DNA of 64,000 nucleotides from Octopus sinensis (taxonomy: Eukaryota): contig NC_042999.1 in NCBI RefSeq assembly GCF_006345805.1, forward strand, positions 43,586,001-43,650,000. The letters are read 5' to 3'. Below are positions 51,861-63,770 of this stretch, in pieces. Under the pieces are notes generated by a model. That model did no database searches. It saw only the letters and a program-made list of their open reading frames with translations, and had not been told where the DNA came from. Position numbers and translations under genes: made by a program. Position 1 is the stretch's first letter. Every line of letters begins with the position of its first letter.

Positions 51861-52574
51861 GTGTGTGTCTGTGGGGGGTGCACACACACACACACACATA
51901 AATAAATATACATGCATATATATATATATATATATGTATCCAGCTGTGGAAACCATTACAAAACAGACATTGGAGATCGTGCTTTCGTCTGGCTCATTGG
52001 TTCCTCTTGAGTTGTCCAACTCCTGTCAACATGAAATAAAAGGGATGTTAAACAACAACAACAACAACATCGATGATGATGACAATGACAACAATGATGA
52101 TGAGGAGTTGGAGGAGTAGGAGGAAGAGGAGCCTGTGGGGTCATGGCTAGAACACATTTAATCAGAGATCTGTTCAACCATTGATGACTTGGAAACTTAA
52201 ATAACAAAAAACAGCTTCAAAAGAAATATCGGTATAACTCCAAGTTTCCCATACAATACTGTTATTAGATATCAGCACAACATTTAGATCTATAGCGATG
52301 TCGATTTTCTAATATTGATATGGGAATGAGGAAGGAGGTAAATAAACATTGATTTCTTCTTGGGGAAATCAGAAATGAGATGATAAACGAGCAGAAATTA
52401 AAATTGCAAGATGAAGGAAATTATTATATATGATTAATATCAATGATTTACCTAATATGTACAGAGCAGATGATATATTATAATGAAAATAAGGGTTTAT
52501 GTATTATGCATTATACATGTTTGTGTGTATATTTATATATACATATATATTTACATTTATATGTATGTATGTGT

Positions 52575-52615
<41 letters not shown>

Positions 52616-52914
52616 TGTATGTATATATATTTATATATGTATATATAGATAGATAGAGAGAGAAAGAGAGAGAGAGAGGTAGGTAGGTAGATAGATAGAT
52701 ATATAGATAGATAGATAGATAATGGCATACATGTAACATATAGTAATATATATTAACCATTCAGTCGTGCTGGTTCTGTATCTTGACAAAACTGAGACCC
52801 TTAAAGCATTATGTTTACATCCAAATGCACTAAACTAGGCCCTGCACCTAATCTGCCCTTATCAAGCCTTCCCACCCTCTCCTCTCATCTTCCTATAATC
52901 CATCCCTCTATTGT

Positions 52915-53012
52915 TCCTCAAACATCTGGCAGTGTTTCTACTGCTGGATGCCCTACTAACGCCAACCACACTGTGAGTGTAGAGGGTGCTTTTTACATGC
53001 CACTGGCACAGG
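52915..53012 (-). mobile_element. RTE-LINE 3'-tail fragment
   Basis: ctggcagtgtttctactgctggatgccctactaacgccaacc...gtgctttttacatgccac. Confidence 0.8.
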
Positions 53013-53261
53013 TATCACAACTATAATTTCCATTTGACTTTCATTTTGATGTTGATGTACTTGACTGAATAGGTCTCCTCAAGCACAGCAGGTCACCCTA
53101 CAATCCAAGATACTTTTGAATGGGTTGGGGCTGGTTATGTGATACTGTTGTAGGATACAGCCATGAACTCACTTTATCTGCTGGGGCTTCACAGTTACAG
53201 CATATCTCCAGAGGTCTTGGTCTTTTACCAACATTCGAAGGTCATGCTTCGCCACCTCATC

Positions 53262-53311
<50 letters not shown>

Positions 53312-53584
53312 GGAGAGAGAGTGTGAGTGTGTGTGAGAGTAAAGATTATTTACCAACATAATGTAGCAGTCCTGGTTTGGATGATTGTTACTGTTATTTA
53401 GCCCCAGGAAACATCATCTTCAGCTGGCTATCAATGCACTATCTACGTCATTATGTTTTCAAACAAGGGACTTTAGTGCCACCACTCAGCTCTAAAGCAA
53501 TATCAAAGGTTTTCTGTGTCATTTCCTTTCATCAGCCCAGAATAACTGCTCTGCTAGAGATGATGCAATATATATATATATATA

Positions 53585-53910
53585 AGGGTAAAGACCCCCT
53601 TCGGTCATGAATGACCATGGGATTGCACCTAGAAAGTTACCCTCCTAGACACAAGTCCGGGCAAGGTTGTTTATGGAAGACCAGCAGTCGCCCATGCATA
53701 CCGGCCTCCCCTCTCCACGCCACCAGTGTTAACCAAGGGAAAGACAGCTTGGCACTAGTGACGTCGCAACTCATTTCTACAGCTGAGTGAACTGGAGCAA
53801 CGTGAAATAAAGTGCCTTGCTCAAGAACACAACACGCAGCCCGGTCCGGGATTCGAGCTCACAACCTCACGATCGTAAGCTCGACGCTCTAACCACTGAG
53901 CCATGCGCCT
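53585..53910 (-). mobile_element. tRNA-headed SINE family D2 (same core as D1, different tail)
   Basis: Minus strand tggctcagtggttagag...gagctcgaatcc...gagcaaggcactttatttcacgttgctccag. Confidence 0.85.
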
Positions 53911-53911
53911 T

Positions 53912-53971
<60 letters not shown>

Positions 53972-54210
53972 TTGGAGCCTGGTGCAGCCGCTGGCTCTCC
54001 GGGCCTCAGTCAAACTGTCCAACCCATGCCAGCATGGAAAACGGACGTTGATGATGATGATGATGATAACTTCTACTGCATATATCCAGCCATAGAAACC
54101 TTACTATATAACAGACAATGGAGCCTTGTGTGGCTCCTGGCCCTACCAGCTTCAGTCAAACCATCCAACCCATGCCAGCATGGAAAATGGGTGTTAAATG
54201 ATGATGATAA
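53972..54210 (+). mobile_element. Two tandem very short RTE-tail copies
   Basis: tggagcct...ccaacccatgccagcatggaaaa followed by (GAT)n, at ~53972 and ~54119. Confidence 0.8.
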
Positions 54211-54957
54211 TCAAATACACACACAAAGGTGAGTCAGAATTTATACAACTTTTATTTTCATTACTTTTTGGCTCACCTTTTGTGTGTGTGTGTGTATTTA
54301 TACATTGTTTTGGTTTCGGGCCAAGTAACAAATCTGTTTACTACTAAGGACAGTAAACAAGAGAGTAGAACAGATATGTATGTATATATGTGAATGTCAG
54401 TGTGTATGAATACAAATGTATACATATATATATGTATGTATATGTCTTCAGTGTGTATGTATGGTCCCAGGTAAAAACCTTATTTAAGTTCATTTTGATG
54501 GGAGATGAGGTCCCGGTTTTACTTTATAACTTTACCATCTCACGTCATCATCATCATTTAAAATCATGATCACCACCATCGCTGCTGCTACCACCACCGC
54601 TGCCACCATGACCACCACCATTAATATGTCTTTCTCCTTTGCTACTCTACCTCCAACCCCTCCATGTTTATTGTTCCATGGCAAGTCTTTGGAATCAGTG
54701 AACTTGACACAGATGTATGTACATAAATGTATGCGTAAGGAGGAAGTATTGTTATAGATCAGTTGTGTGTGTGTGTGTGCGTGTGTGTGTGTGTGTGCGT
54801 GTGTGTGCGTGTGTGTGTGCGTGTGTGTGTGTGTATGTGTGTGTGTGTGTATGTGTGCGTATATGTATGTTTTTTGTTTCAGAAAGTAAACTTCTAAAGT
54901 GTTTGGTTTTGTCTCTCTTTGCTTGTGTGTGTGTTTGTGTGTGCATAGATGTATGTG

Positions 54958-55262
54958 TGGAGGCACACGGCCTAGTGGTTAGAGCAGCGGACTCGTGGTC
55001 GAGGGATCGCGGGTTTGGATCACAGACCGGGCGATGTGTGTGTTTATGAGTGAAACACCTAAGCTCAATGCGGCTCCGGCAGAAGGTAATGGCGAACTTC
55101 TGCTGACTGTTTCGCCACAACTTTCGCTCACTTTTTCCTCCTGCATCTTGCAGCTCACCTGCAACAGACTGGCGTCCCATCCATGTGGGGAACCTATGCG
55201 CCAAGGAAACCGGGAAACCGGCCTTAATGAGCCAGGCATGGCTTGAGAAGGAACAAACAAAC
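54958..55262 (+). mobile_element. tRNA-headed SINE family B1
   Basis: Near-copy of 47793-48093. Confidence 0.9.
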
Positions 55263-55479
55263 ATACATGTATGTGTGTGTGAATTTTCAGAGTGAGACAG
55301 GTTTGAGTTTGTAATGTGTGTTTGGAATTACAGATATATATGTGTGTATAAATGTGTGTTGTGCCTGTGTATATGTAAGTACAAAAGATTTTGTTATGTA
55401 TACATGCATACACAAACGTATATAAGGATATATTTGTAAATATATATATATATATATATATGTACTTGGAATGACCAAT

Positions 55480-55780
55480 TTTAAATACAGTTGGTTTTTA
55501 CTCATAAGGTATTGGAATCTTACCCATATACCATTCTGCCTAAAAAATGGATCTACAAATTCGATATCCCCACATATCACACATCTATTTTCTTTCCTCC
55601 ACCCCACTCTCTATTTTGTATCCTAACTATTACTTAACTACCCTCTCACACCATCTCTGATGAAGGGATATAATAAATAAATATCCTGGAAACAGCTGTA
55701 AGACCTTATATCTATAAATGTTCTAATATCTACACAGCCTTGGTTTTTTTATCTCATTACACAAAAATTCTTATATACAC
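55480..55780 (+). mobile_element. Penelope-like pseudo-LTR-type repeat
   Basis: Paralogue of 47515-47780; carries a hammerhead motif. Confidence 0.6.
55654..55704 (+). ncRNA. Type I minimal hammerhead ribozyme motif, intact core
   Basis: tct CTGATGA a gggatat aataaataa atatcct g GAAA cagctg TA aga: CUGAUGA and GAAA core, 7-bp stem II, palindromic stem III, GUA triplet. Confidence 0.65.
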
Positions 55781-55939
55781 ACGCTGACATATGACCAACA
55801 CTGAACCCCTTATTCACAAAATCACAGAACCTGGGACTTAACTATGGTCTGTCTATAGCACTTATCCAGCATTACCTGACACCTTTGGGTCTCAATGACA
55901 CCATTACCTCTTATATATATATATATGTTTTTGTTTTTC

Positions 55940-56770
55940 AAATTCGTTTTTAACATAGAAAAAGCCTGTTTCCAAATCAAGCCCATGCTCATACTATTTG
56001 GCTGGTTTAGAGGTAAAAATTTCTCTGCACCTGTTGAATCTCCAGTCATTCAAGAAATGAGCTATGGTTTGGTGGAGGTGGTAAGCTGATGGTGCAAGGT
56101 CTGGACTGTAGGCAGGATGAGGCAGCACTTCCAGCCCATCAAACTCTTCAAGTTTGCAATTGGTCACATTGGCAGTATGTGCTGGGGCATTGTCATACTG
56201 TAGGAATGTACATCTTCAACTGTCTAATTCTGGGTAGCAGGCTTTCAAAGTTTCATATACTCACTGCACTTGTTGAGCATAAAATTTACTGTTCACAGCA
56301 TGACCATTTGTGACAAGCTCAAAGTGCAACACTCTCTTAAAATACCATGAAGCTCACATGACCTTCTTTTCAAGCTGCCTTTGACAACAGGTGCTGAAGC
56401 CTGGCTGATATGAAGCCACTGATTTCTATTATTAGGATTAAGAAAATAGATCCATTTTTCATCCCCAATTACATCGATGCCAAAAACAGACATCTTGAGG
56501 ATTTGCCAGTAGTTATTTATGAATGTTCACACATCATTGAGCCTGGTCATTAGTCAGTTCACAAGAAGCATCATGACACCATCAGTTCACAAGGCTGAGC
56601 TTATGGAGGTGTTGCTTGAGAGTACTTTGTGAAGGTCAGAGTTCTGCCAACAATGTATGAGTGATTGCACTTGGCCGTTGTTCAACCATTTCAAGCAAGG
56701 CCTCATCTTCCACAGCAAGGAAATTGACCACGTGGTGGATAGGAAATCGGTTGGGTTGTTGGAGGAGAAG
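55940..56770 (-). mobile_element. mariner-like transposase relic
   Basis: EDEALLEMVEQ, GDEKWIYF and YDNAPAHTA...LPHPAYSPDLAPSAYHL; the third Asp is mutated, 35 residues after the second. Confidence 0.9.
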
Positions 56771-56976
56771 TAGGAAGGGGTGGTATTTGCAATTATGTAA
56801 TTGTATATGTGTGTGTGGATGTGCTCTTATAGTTTTGCATGCATGTCTGTATTGATGAGAGTGTGAGCATCTGTACATGGCATGCATGCCCACACATACA
56901 CATGAACGAACATGCGCGTGCATACACACACATGCATATACATGTGCATGCACACACACATGCATATTCCTTTGTA

Positions 56977-57010
56977 CAGGGTGGCCCAAAAGTAGGTCTA
57001 CAGTCATTCA
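56977..57010 (+). mobile_element. Orphan Tc1/mariner-like TIR
   Basis: TA+cagggtggcccaaaagtagg; partner end not found. Confidence 0.4.
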
Positions 57011-57124
57011 ACTATCTCTTTTGCATTCATATATTAACAGTTTAGATCTTAATTATAAAAATATGAAACCATTATTCTATGCTATTTTAGTTAATTGTAA
57101 GATAGAAATTTAAATGTAATAAAA

Positions 57125-57565
57125 TGAGTGCATTTCCTGGGAGTATCTTCTCTTAAAGTCATTGGCTGTCATACCCTAGTAATGCAATCGTGTAAGGGTA
57201 GCTCTGTATGCTATGGTCCTTGAAATGAAGGATCTTTCTAGAGTGTACATAGTGGGGTTTTGGCAGTTGTAGGTTGAGGTTGGGGGTGGTGCAGGTGAAT
57301 TTTTACATCTGTTGTTGTGTGCAATTTTAGATGTGATGTTTAGATGCGATGTCTAAGCAGGATTAGCTTACATTGACATTATGGAGATTGAAGAGTTTAC
57401 ATCACTTTTGTCCTCTTGGAAAGTGTTTCCTAATTATCTAGGGAAGCCCCTAGTATCTAGGGGCTTCCTTAATTAATGACAGGAAGCCCTCTAGATACGT
57501 TAGTGGAAACTTCTATGTTGAAAGGGGGGTTATACCATATGATTTTCCTTTTCCTAATCCTTTTG
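57125..57565 (-). mobile_element. Penelope-like element: thumb + GIY-YIG endonuclease relic
   Basis: RKRKIIWYNPPF...HN then YNCQNP...IAYRATL...Y*GMTANDFKRRYSQEMHSF. Confidence 0.85.
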
Positions 57566-57639
57566 GGGATGTATACTGTTTCTTCATAAGGTATTATGTA
57601 CAGGTATTACTTGCCTGAATTCAGATCTAAGGTTGTATC

Positions 57640-57840
57640 CAAGAAATCGACTGTAGTCAGGTTGGTGGAAACCATTATGGACACCCTCAAGAGACATACC
57701 CACCCACATAGGTCGGCCCTCTATAGGGACGATGGCCTGACTATCTTGTGCCAGATGAATGGCCATGCCATAGACAGGTTTGGGAAGGACTTGATAGAAA
57801 TATTTAAGGGGCTCAGCCTGTCCATAATGGTAATAACAAT
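57640..57840 (+). mobile_element. Penelope-like RT fragment, inverted relative to adjacent EN piece
   Basis: LYRDDGL (57719-57739) followed by ..AIDRFGKDLIEIFKGLSL. Confidence 0.8.
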
Positions 57841-57990
57841 CAATTTATGTCATTCAAATTCAAACTGGCTGAAGACTAGCATCACACTTGAAACTTGGAG
57901 TACCAATAAATTTGAATCAAACTGTTTTGATCCATACATGTAACTCCCAATAAATTTGTCGAGTGCCCTTCTTTTGTTTGTACACTCACT

Positions 57991-58033
<43 letters not shown>

Positions 58034-58361
58034 GATTACTGAACTAGTGTATCACAGCAGAAATCTGGAAGGGAAACATTACAAAAAAAGCTGTTCATAG
58101 TTGTTTGTCTTATACTTCAGATTGATCATAACATTAACATGAAGTATAACTTCTCTAAGACTCATGATCATTACATCACGTCACATTTTGTAGATTATGC
58201 TTTTGTAATCCAAGAGCAGAAGATAATTACAAATTATCTAATGAACAAAAGAGACAGTGAAGCCTTAAAATTTCCAAGATGAGACTAAAAATGTCAATTA
58301 TGTCACATTTCTGTGGAAGCTATTACATGTGATCATTAACTGCGCCAAAACGTTATTATGA

Positions 58362-58517
58362 TGGAGGTGGTTGTGTAGTAAGAAGTTTGCTTCTGAACAA
58401 CATGGTTCCAGGTTCAATCCCACTACTTGGCACCTTTTGCAAGTGTATTCTACTATAGCCCTAGACTGACTAAAAGCCTTGTGAGTGGGTCTGGCAGACA
58501 GAAACTGAAAGAAACCA
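58362..58517 (+). mobile_element. SINE family A head half
   Basis: ggtggttgtgtagtaag...ggttcaatccc...gaaactgaaagaaacc followed by (TG)n. Confidence 0.8.
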
Positions 58518-58518
58518 G

Positions 58519-58568
<50 letters not shown>

Positions 58569-59000
58569 TACTGTCTCCTTTTTTTTTGTTTTTGACATCA
58601 CATCAGTGTCACTGTCATGAAAGCAGTGTCCTTCATTTCTAATATTCTGTAAAAAAAATCATTTTTAATCATGAAGAAATATTACTTGGAGACATGTAGG
58701 GCTAGCTACAGAAAGGGTATCTAGAAAATCGACCTCAACAAATTCTCTCTGATTCATGCAAGATCCTCACTTTTTTTATGACCATAAACTGCAAAGTTGC
58801 ATGTTAAGCAGGAATTTTTCTTCAGACCAGAAGTGTTGACCCAAATGTTTGCGATGGAACAGACTTCGTTAAAGTTAATCCGACTGATCCTCAATGCAAA
58901 ATGTCGCTTTGCAAAAAAAAAAAATAACGGCCAAATGTCCATTAAATCACACTCATCCATCTTAAAAAGGACACATTAGATTCTGTAATGTATTGTAAAA

Positions 59001-59066
<66 letters not shown>

Positions 59067-59694
59067 AATAATAAATAAATAAATAAAAATTACAGGAAGG
59101 ATATGAATGGAACATCTTTGATCACAGATCTGACTGATCTGAGCAGACCATGTGACTACAACAAGAAATATCAACAACAGCCACAGCAGCGTCGAAGAGA
59201 AAGAGAGCAAAGAGTAAAAAAGAAATAGAAGAGAATAAAACGAAAACAATAGATAAATCAACAAATAAAAAATAAAATAACCCAAGTAAAAAGAAGGTTC
59301 CTTTGTTGTACTTGTTTCACAATTCATTTGATCTGAGGTCGTATGTTTAAACTAAAACAGTTACATCGTCACTGATTCATATTGGCCATTTTCAAACACA
59401 GATTTTGTTTTATTCACTTATAGTTTTTATATTATCGATTAGTTTACATATGATATATGTACGAACTCTTTTCATTGTGTACATTTACGATCTGATGATC
59501 ACTGATACTCTCTCAATTTCATTTGTACAAAATAATACAGGCAACGTAGAGTATAATCGGTGACCAGGTCATAAATGTACAAAGACCGGCTTAGATTTCT
59601 ATGTTATCGTAGACTTCTGAAGAAGAGCAATCTTATGTAGTTTGGCTTTACCAAAATGCGACTGTAATAATTAAAAGGAATGATAAGTTGATAC

Positions 59695-59726
59695 GATCTA
59701 TCTATCTATATCTATCTATCTATCTA

Positions 59727-59758
<32 letters not shown>

Positions 59759-59804
59759 ATCTATCTATCTATCTATCTATCTATCTACTTATCTATCTAT
59801 CTAC

Positions 59805-59888
<84 letters not shown>

Positions 59889-59929
59889 ATCTATCTATCT
59901 ATCTATCTATCTATCTCTATCTATCTATC

Positions 59930-60020
<91 letters not shown>

Positions 60021-60037
60021 ATATATATATATATGTA

Positions 60038-60098
<61 letters not shown>

Positions 60099-60125
60099 AT
60101 ATATATATATATATCAATCTATCTA
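59695..60125. repeat. (TATC)n + (TA)n microsatellite
   Basis: Direct reading. Confidence 0.95.
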
Positions 60126-60691
60126 TCCATCTGTTTGTTTGCTTATCCATCTGTCTGTCTGTCTGTCTGTCTGTGGATATGTATACCTGCGTGTGTGTGT
60201 GTGTGTGCGTGCGTGCGCGCATGCGTGCACATACGCGCATGCATATACAGATATACTGTTGGCATCCTTTTGTCTCGGGAGATAATGGAGTTGCGCATAA
60301 ACTAATCCAGTCTGGTTTTTACCTTTCATGTCCTCTCCAGTTCTGCGCAGGCCTGGGCTAGATGTAAGAAAATCCTGGGCAGCCCAATCATCAGGATTCC
60401 TCTCTCGACCTTACTGACGTAGTCCAAAGGAGTGCAGAGCATTATGTTTGGCACCAGCTTGGTTGCAGGAGCTGCTGGAAGAGTGTTGAGTTGAATACTA
60501 AACCACCTACGGGGCTCCAATCCGGATTTCTTTGAAGGTTGTCTCCTTTCCGTAACCCTGGATGGGGGCCCATACCGTGTACTGTCAGCTGGAGCCAGCT
60601 GAGCCCGGGACTCGTGTCAGGCAGGGTCATCACTCCTTGAAGTAGTGAAGAAAATCACTACCCACTACGTAATACAGATATAACAAAACAA

Positions 60692-60862
60692 GAAATTGGA
60701 AATACTTTTGGTATTTTTTATTCACCATTACATGTGTTTCATTTGCTAATAGGAATTACAAAGATTTTATATATCTATCGAACATGTAGAACTTTGTAAT
60801 TCCTAGTAGCAAATGAAACATGTGTAATGTTGAATAAATAATACCAAAAAATTTCTAGTTTC
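60692..60862. mobile_element. Foldback/MITE-like element, ~71 bp arms
   Basis: 60692-60763 vs 60792-60862 are inverted, with a 28 nt loop. Confidence 0.8.
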
Positions 60863-61120
60863 CTTTGTAAATAATATTTCCAGAATTTTCAACTTTAATA
60901 TGTACATTGCACATACACAGCAACAATATAAACTATATATTAGATTGTGATAATTGAATAAGCAGGTGTTCTTCAAGAGGAAATAACTGGGATTTACCCA
61001 ACTACCTACATAATATATACATAATAATAATAAAGGGTAAAATTAATTAATCAATTAATAATCAATAATTTTACCAAGTAGTTCAGTATGTGAAAAGAAC
61101 CATTATCAGTAACCTTATAC

Positions 61121-61429
61121 AAAAATTCTATAATTATAAGTATAATTATAATTAAGGTTCAGCAAAAATTGCTTCACCACATACTAAAATTTAGAAATAA
61201 CAGTCAAATACTATTCCACAACCATAAGATATCTCCCAGACAGTAATACTCTCAACTCACGTAGTAAAAATATGATTTTACATCTTTTTACACCTCTTTA
61301 ACCCAGGAACGCGTATATAGTTAATCAAAGCCAGGTGGATTCGTTATTTTTTTCTCTTTACCTGCGTATGTGGTGAAGCAATTTTTGCTGAACCCTAATT
61401 ATAATTATGCTTATAATTATAGAATTTTT
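61121..61429. repeat. 64-bp inverted repeat pair, 181-nt spacer
   Basis: aaaaattctataattataag...cttcaccacatac (61121-61184) vs gtatgtggtgaag...ataattatagaattttt (61366-61429). Confidence 0.9.
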
Positions 61430-61679
61430 AATATATACATATATAATATTTATACGCATATGTGTGCACGCATACACACACCTGGGTGAAAAATAATTGC
61501 TGTTCTTGTTATTCTAACATTTGATATTTATATCAGTTCAGATACGTTTGGGATATATCTTGTGATACAATATTTTATAATATTTGATGCTTATTTTTGG
61601 AATAAACTTTTAGGTAACCATGATCATGTAATATACCATTTTGAAGCTTTCATTGTTCTTATTTTATGACAGACCAAAT

Positions 61680-61840
61680 GCTTAACAGCATTTCTTCTGA
61701 GTTCAAATACTGTCAAGGTTGACTTTACTTTTCATCCTTTCGGAGTCAATAAAAATAAGTACCAGCTGAGCACTGGGGTTGATATGATCAATTGCCTGCT
61801 TCATCAGAAATTGCTGGCCTTGTGCTAAAACTTGAAACTT
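61680..61840 (+). mobile_element. SINE family C copy
   Basis: ctgagttcaaatactgtcaaggttgactttacttttcatcctttcggagtc...ggccttgtgctaaaacttgaaac. Confidence 0.8.
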
Positions 61841-62024
61841 AGGATGGTGAGTTGGCTGAATCATTAGAGTGATGGATCATTAGAGTGCTCCAGCATGGCC
61901 ACAGTCAAATGACTGAAACAAGTACACGAGTAAAAGAGTAACTGTTCAACATTTATACTATAATTCAAAGTCAAAAAAGTTCAATTAATGAACAACTCGT
62001 AAGTGGCATCAATATATAATATGC

Positions 62025-62200
62025 AGGTGTGGCTATAGGTGCAGGAGTGGCTGTGTGGTAAGAAGCTTGATTCCCAACCACATGGTTCCGGGTTCAGTCC
62101 CACCGCATGGCACCTTGAGCAAGTGTCTCCTACTATAGCCTCAGGCCAACCAATGCCTTATGGGTTGATTTGGTAGACGGAAACTAAAAGAAGCCTGTCG

Positions 62201-62248
<48 letters not shown>

Positions 62249-62615
62249 CGTGCGCGTGTGTCTGTGTTTGTCCCCACACCATCGCTTGACAACCGATGCT
62301 GGTGTGTTTAGACCTTTGTAACTTAGCGGTTCAGCAAAAGAGTCCGATAGTATAAGTACTGTTGAAAGAAGGGTGTCATATATATACATATATACAAGGG
62401 TATCATATACATACATATGTATGTATGTATATGTTTGTGTGTCTGTGTTTGTCCCCCGCACCATTGCTTCATAACCGATGTTGGCGTGTTTACGTCTCCG
62501 TAACCTAGCAGTTTGTCAAAAAAGTGCAATAGAATAAGTACTACGCTTGCAAAGAATAAGTGCTGGAGTCGATTTGTTCGACTAAAGGCGGTGTTCCAGC
62601 ATGGCCACAGTCAAA
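62025..62615 (+). mobile_element. SINE family A with duplicated tail
   Basis: Head, microsatellite, partial tail (~62265-62362), second microsatellite, full tail (~62440-62615). Confidence 0.9.
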
Positions 62616-63284
62616 TTTCAAGCAGGGATATAACAAAAGTTTTCCATTAAGATTTGTAATTAAATTAATTAGTAAGGTTAGTAACTATAATGAATTTGCC
62701 ATTTTCGTTGAGTGTGCAACGCATACCTAGCACAGTTGGAATATACGCTCCTGAAAGAATGTGACCCTCATATCTTTAAAACTTAAATAATGAAATTTAA
62801 ATAAAGGCTTTAGAATCAAAGGAAAATAACTTGCACACAGGATAGTGGTTTAACTGATAACACATCGCACACAATAAAATCATTCAATACCTTCTTTCAT
62901 AGACCTACACGTTTTAATATTTACACCCATGTTGGCTATATTGATCAATGCACGTATATGAACACAATTATATGCACAAATCACATACTCGTCGACAAGT
63001 ACAACTATGGCCAATACATCCTGGTGAATAAAATAAATGGGTAATGAAATAAGGGTGCAATAAATAATTAATGAAAAATGAATAAATAGATAAATAATTA
63101 AGCGCATGTTTATTATTTAGGCTTATTCACGCCATAGTGTATACCTTTGCTTATGTATCTTTATTCATTCAGCTATATTTGACTCTTGGTTCATGCTTGC
63201 ATAGACACACATGCTCATAAACTGTACACATATGTAGTTGGTACATATACTTCTACGGTATATGCTGGCGAAAGTATATCCTTA

Positions 63285-63770
63285 ATATAGCAAAGACCAC
63301 AACCCGAAGACAGGCTGTTCTCTTCAGGGCTGGAAAATATTATTTCAGTTCCAATATTTGCAGATATTATACAATGCTCAGATGAAGTCCACAATGGAGT
63401 ATTGCTCCCACGTCTAGGAGCTTATTGCTGTTGCTGCACGCAGACATCTCAAGTTAGATTGGTATAAAATGGGTCGCAGGCTTTCTTCTATTTCTGTTCC
63501 ACAAGTTTGCTGTCTCCTCTGTCTACCGTTTCTATCACTACTACATTGGTCTCTGTTTCTTCAAATTCACTCATGCCAATTCCACACAGGCACTCCCGAT
63601 CCATTCATCTCTCTTCTCATCACCCAGGTCAAGTCCACCCTAACCAGGTCCCGTACTAATCCCTACATTCAGTCCTTCCATCTCAGAGCATCAGTTCTCT
63701 GCGCATGAAGGCTTTACTGGATAGTGTGGATCAGAGAAAAAAAACTCCATCTACACATGTCATCACAGTA
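63285..63770 (+). mobile_element. CR1/L2-group LINE 3' relic
   Basis: LYNAQMKSTMEYCSHV* and ..VSSVYRFYHYYIGLC resemble the YKAQVRPxMEYCSHVW and SLxLFYRYYHGxC motifs. Confidence 0.65.
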
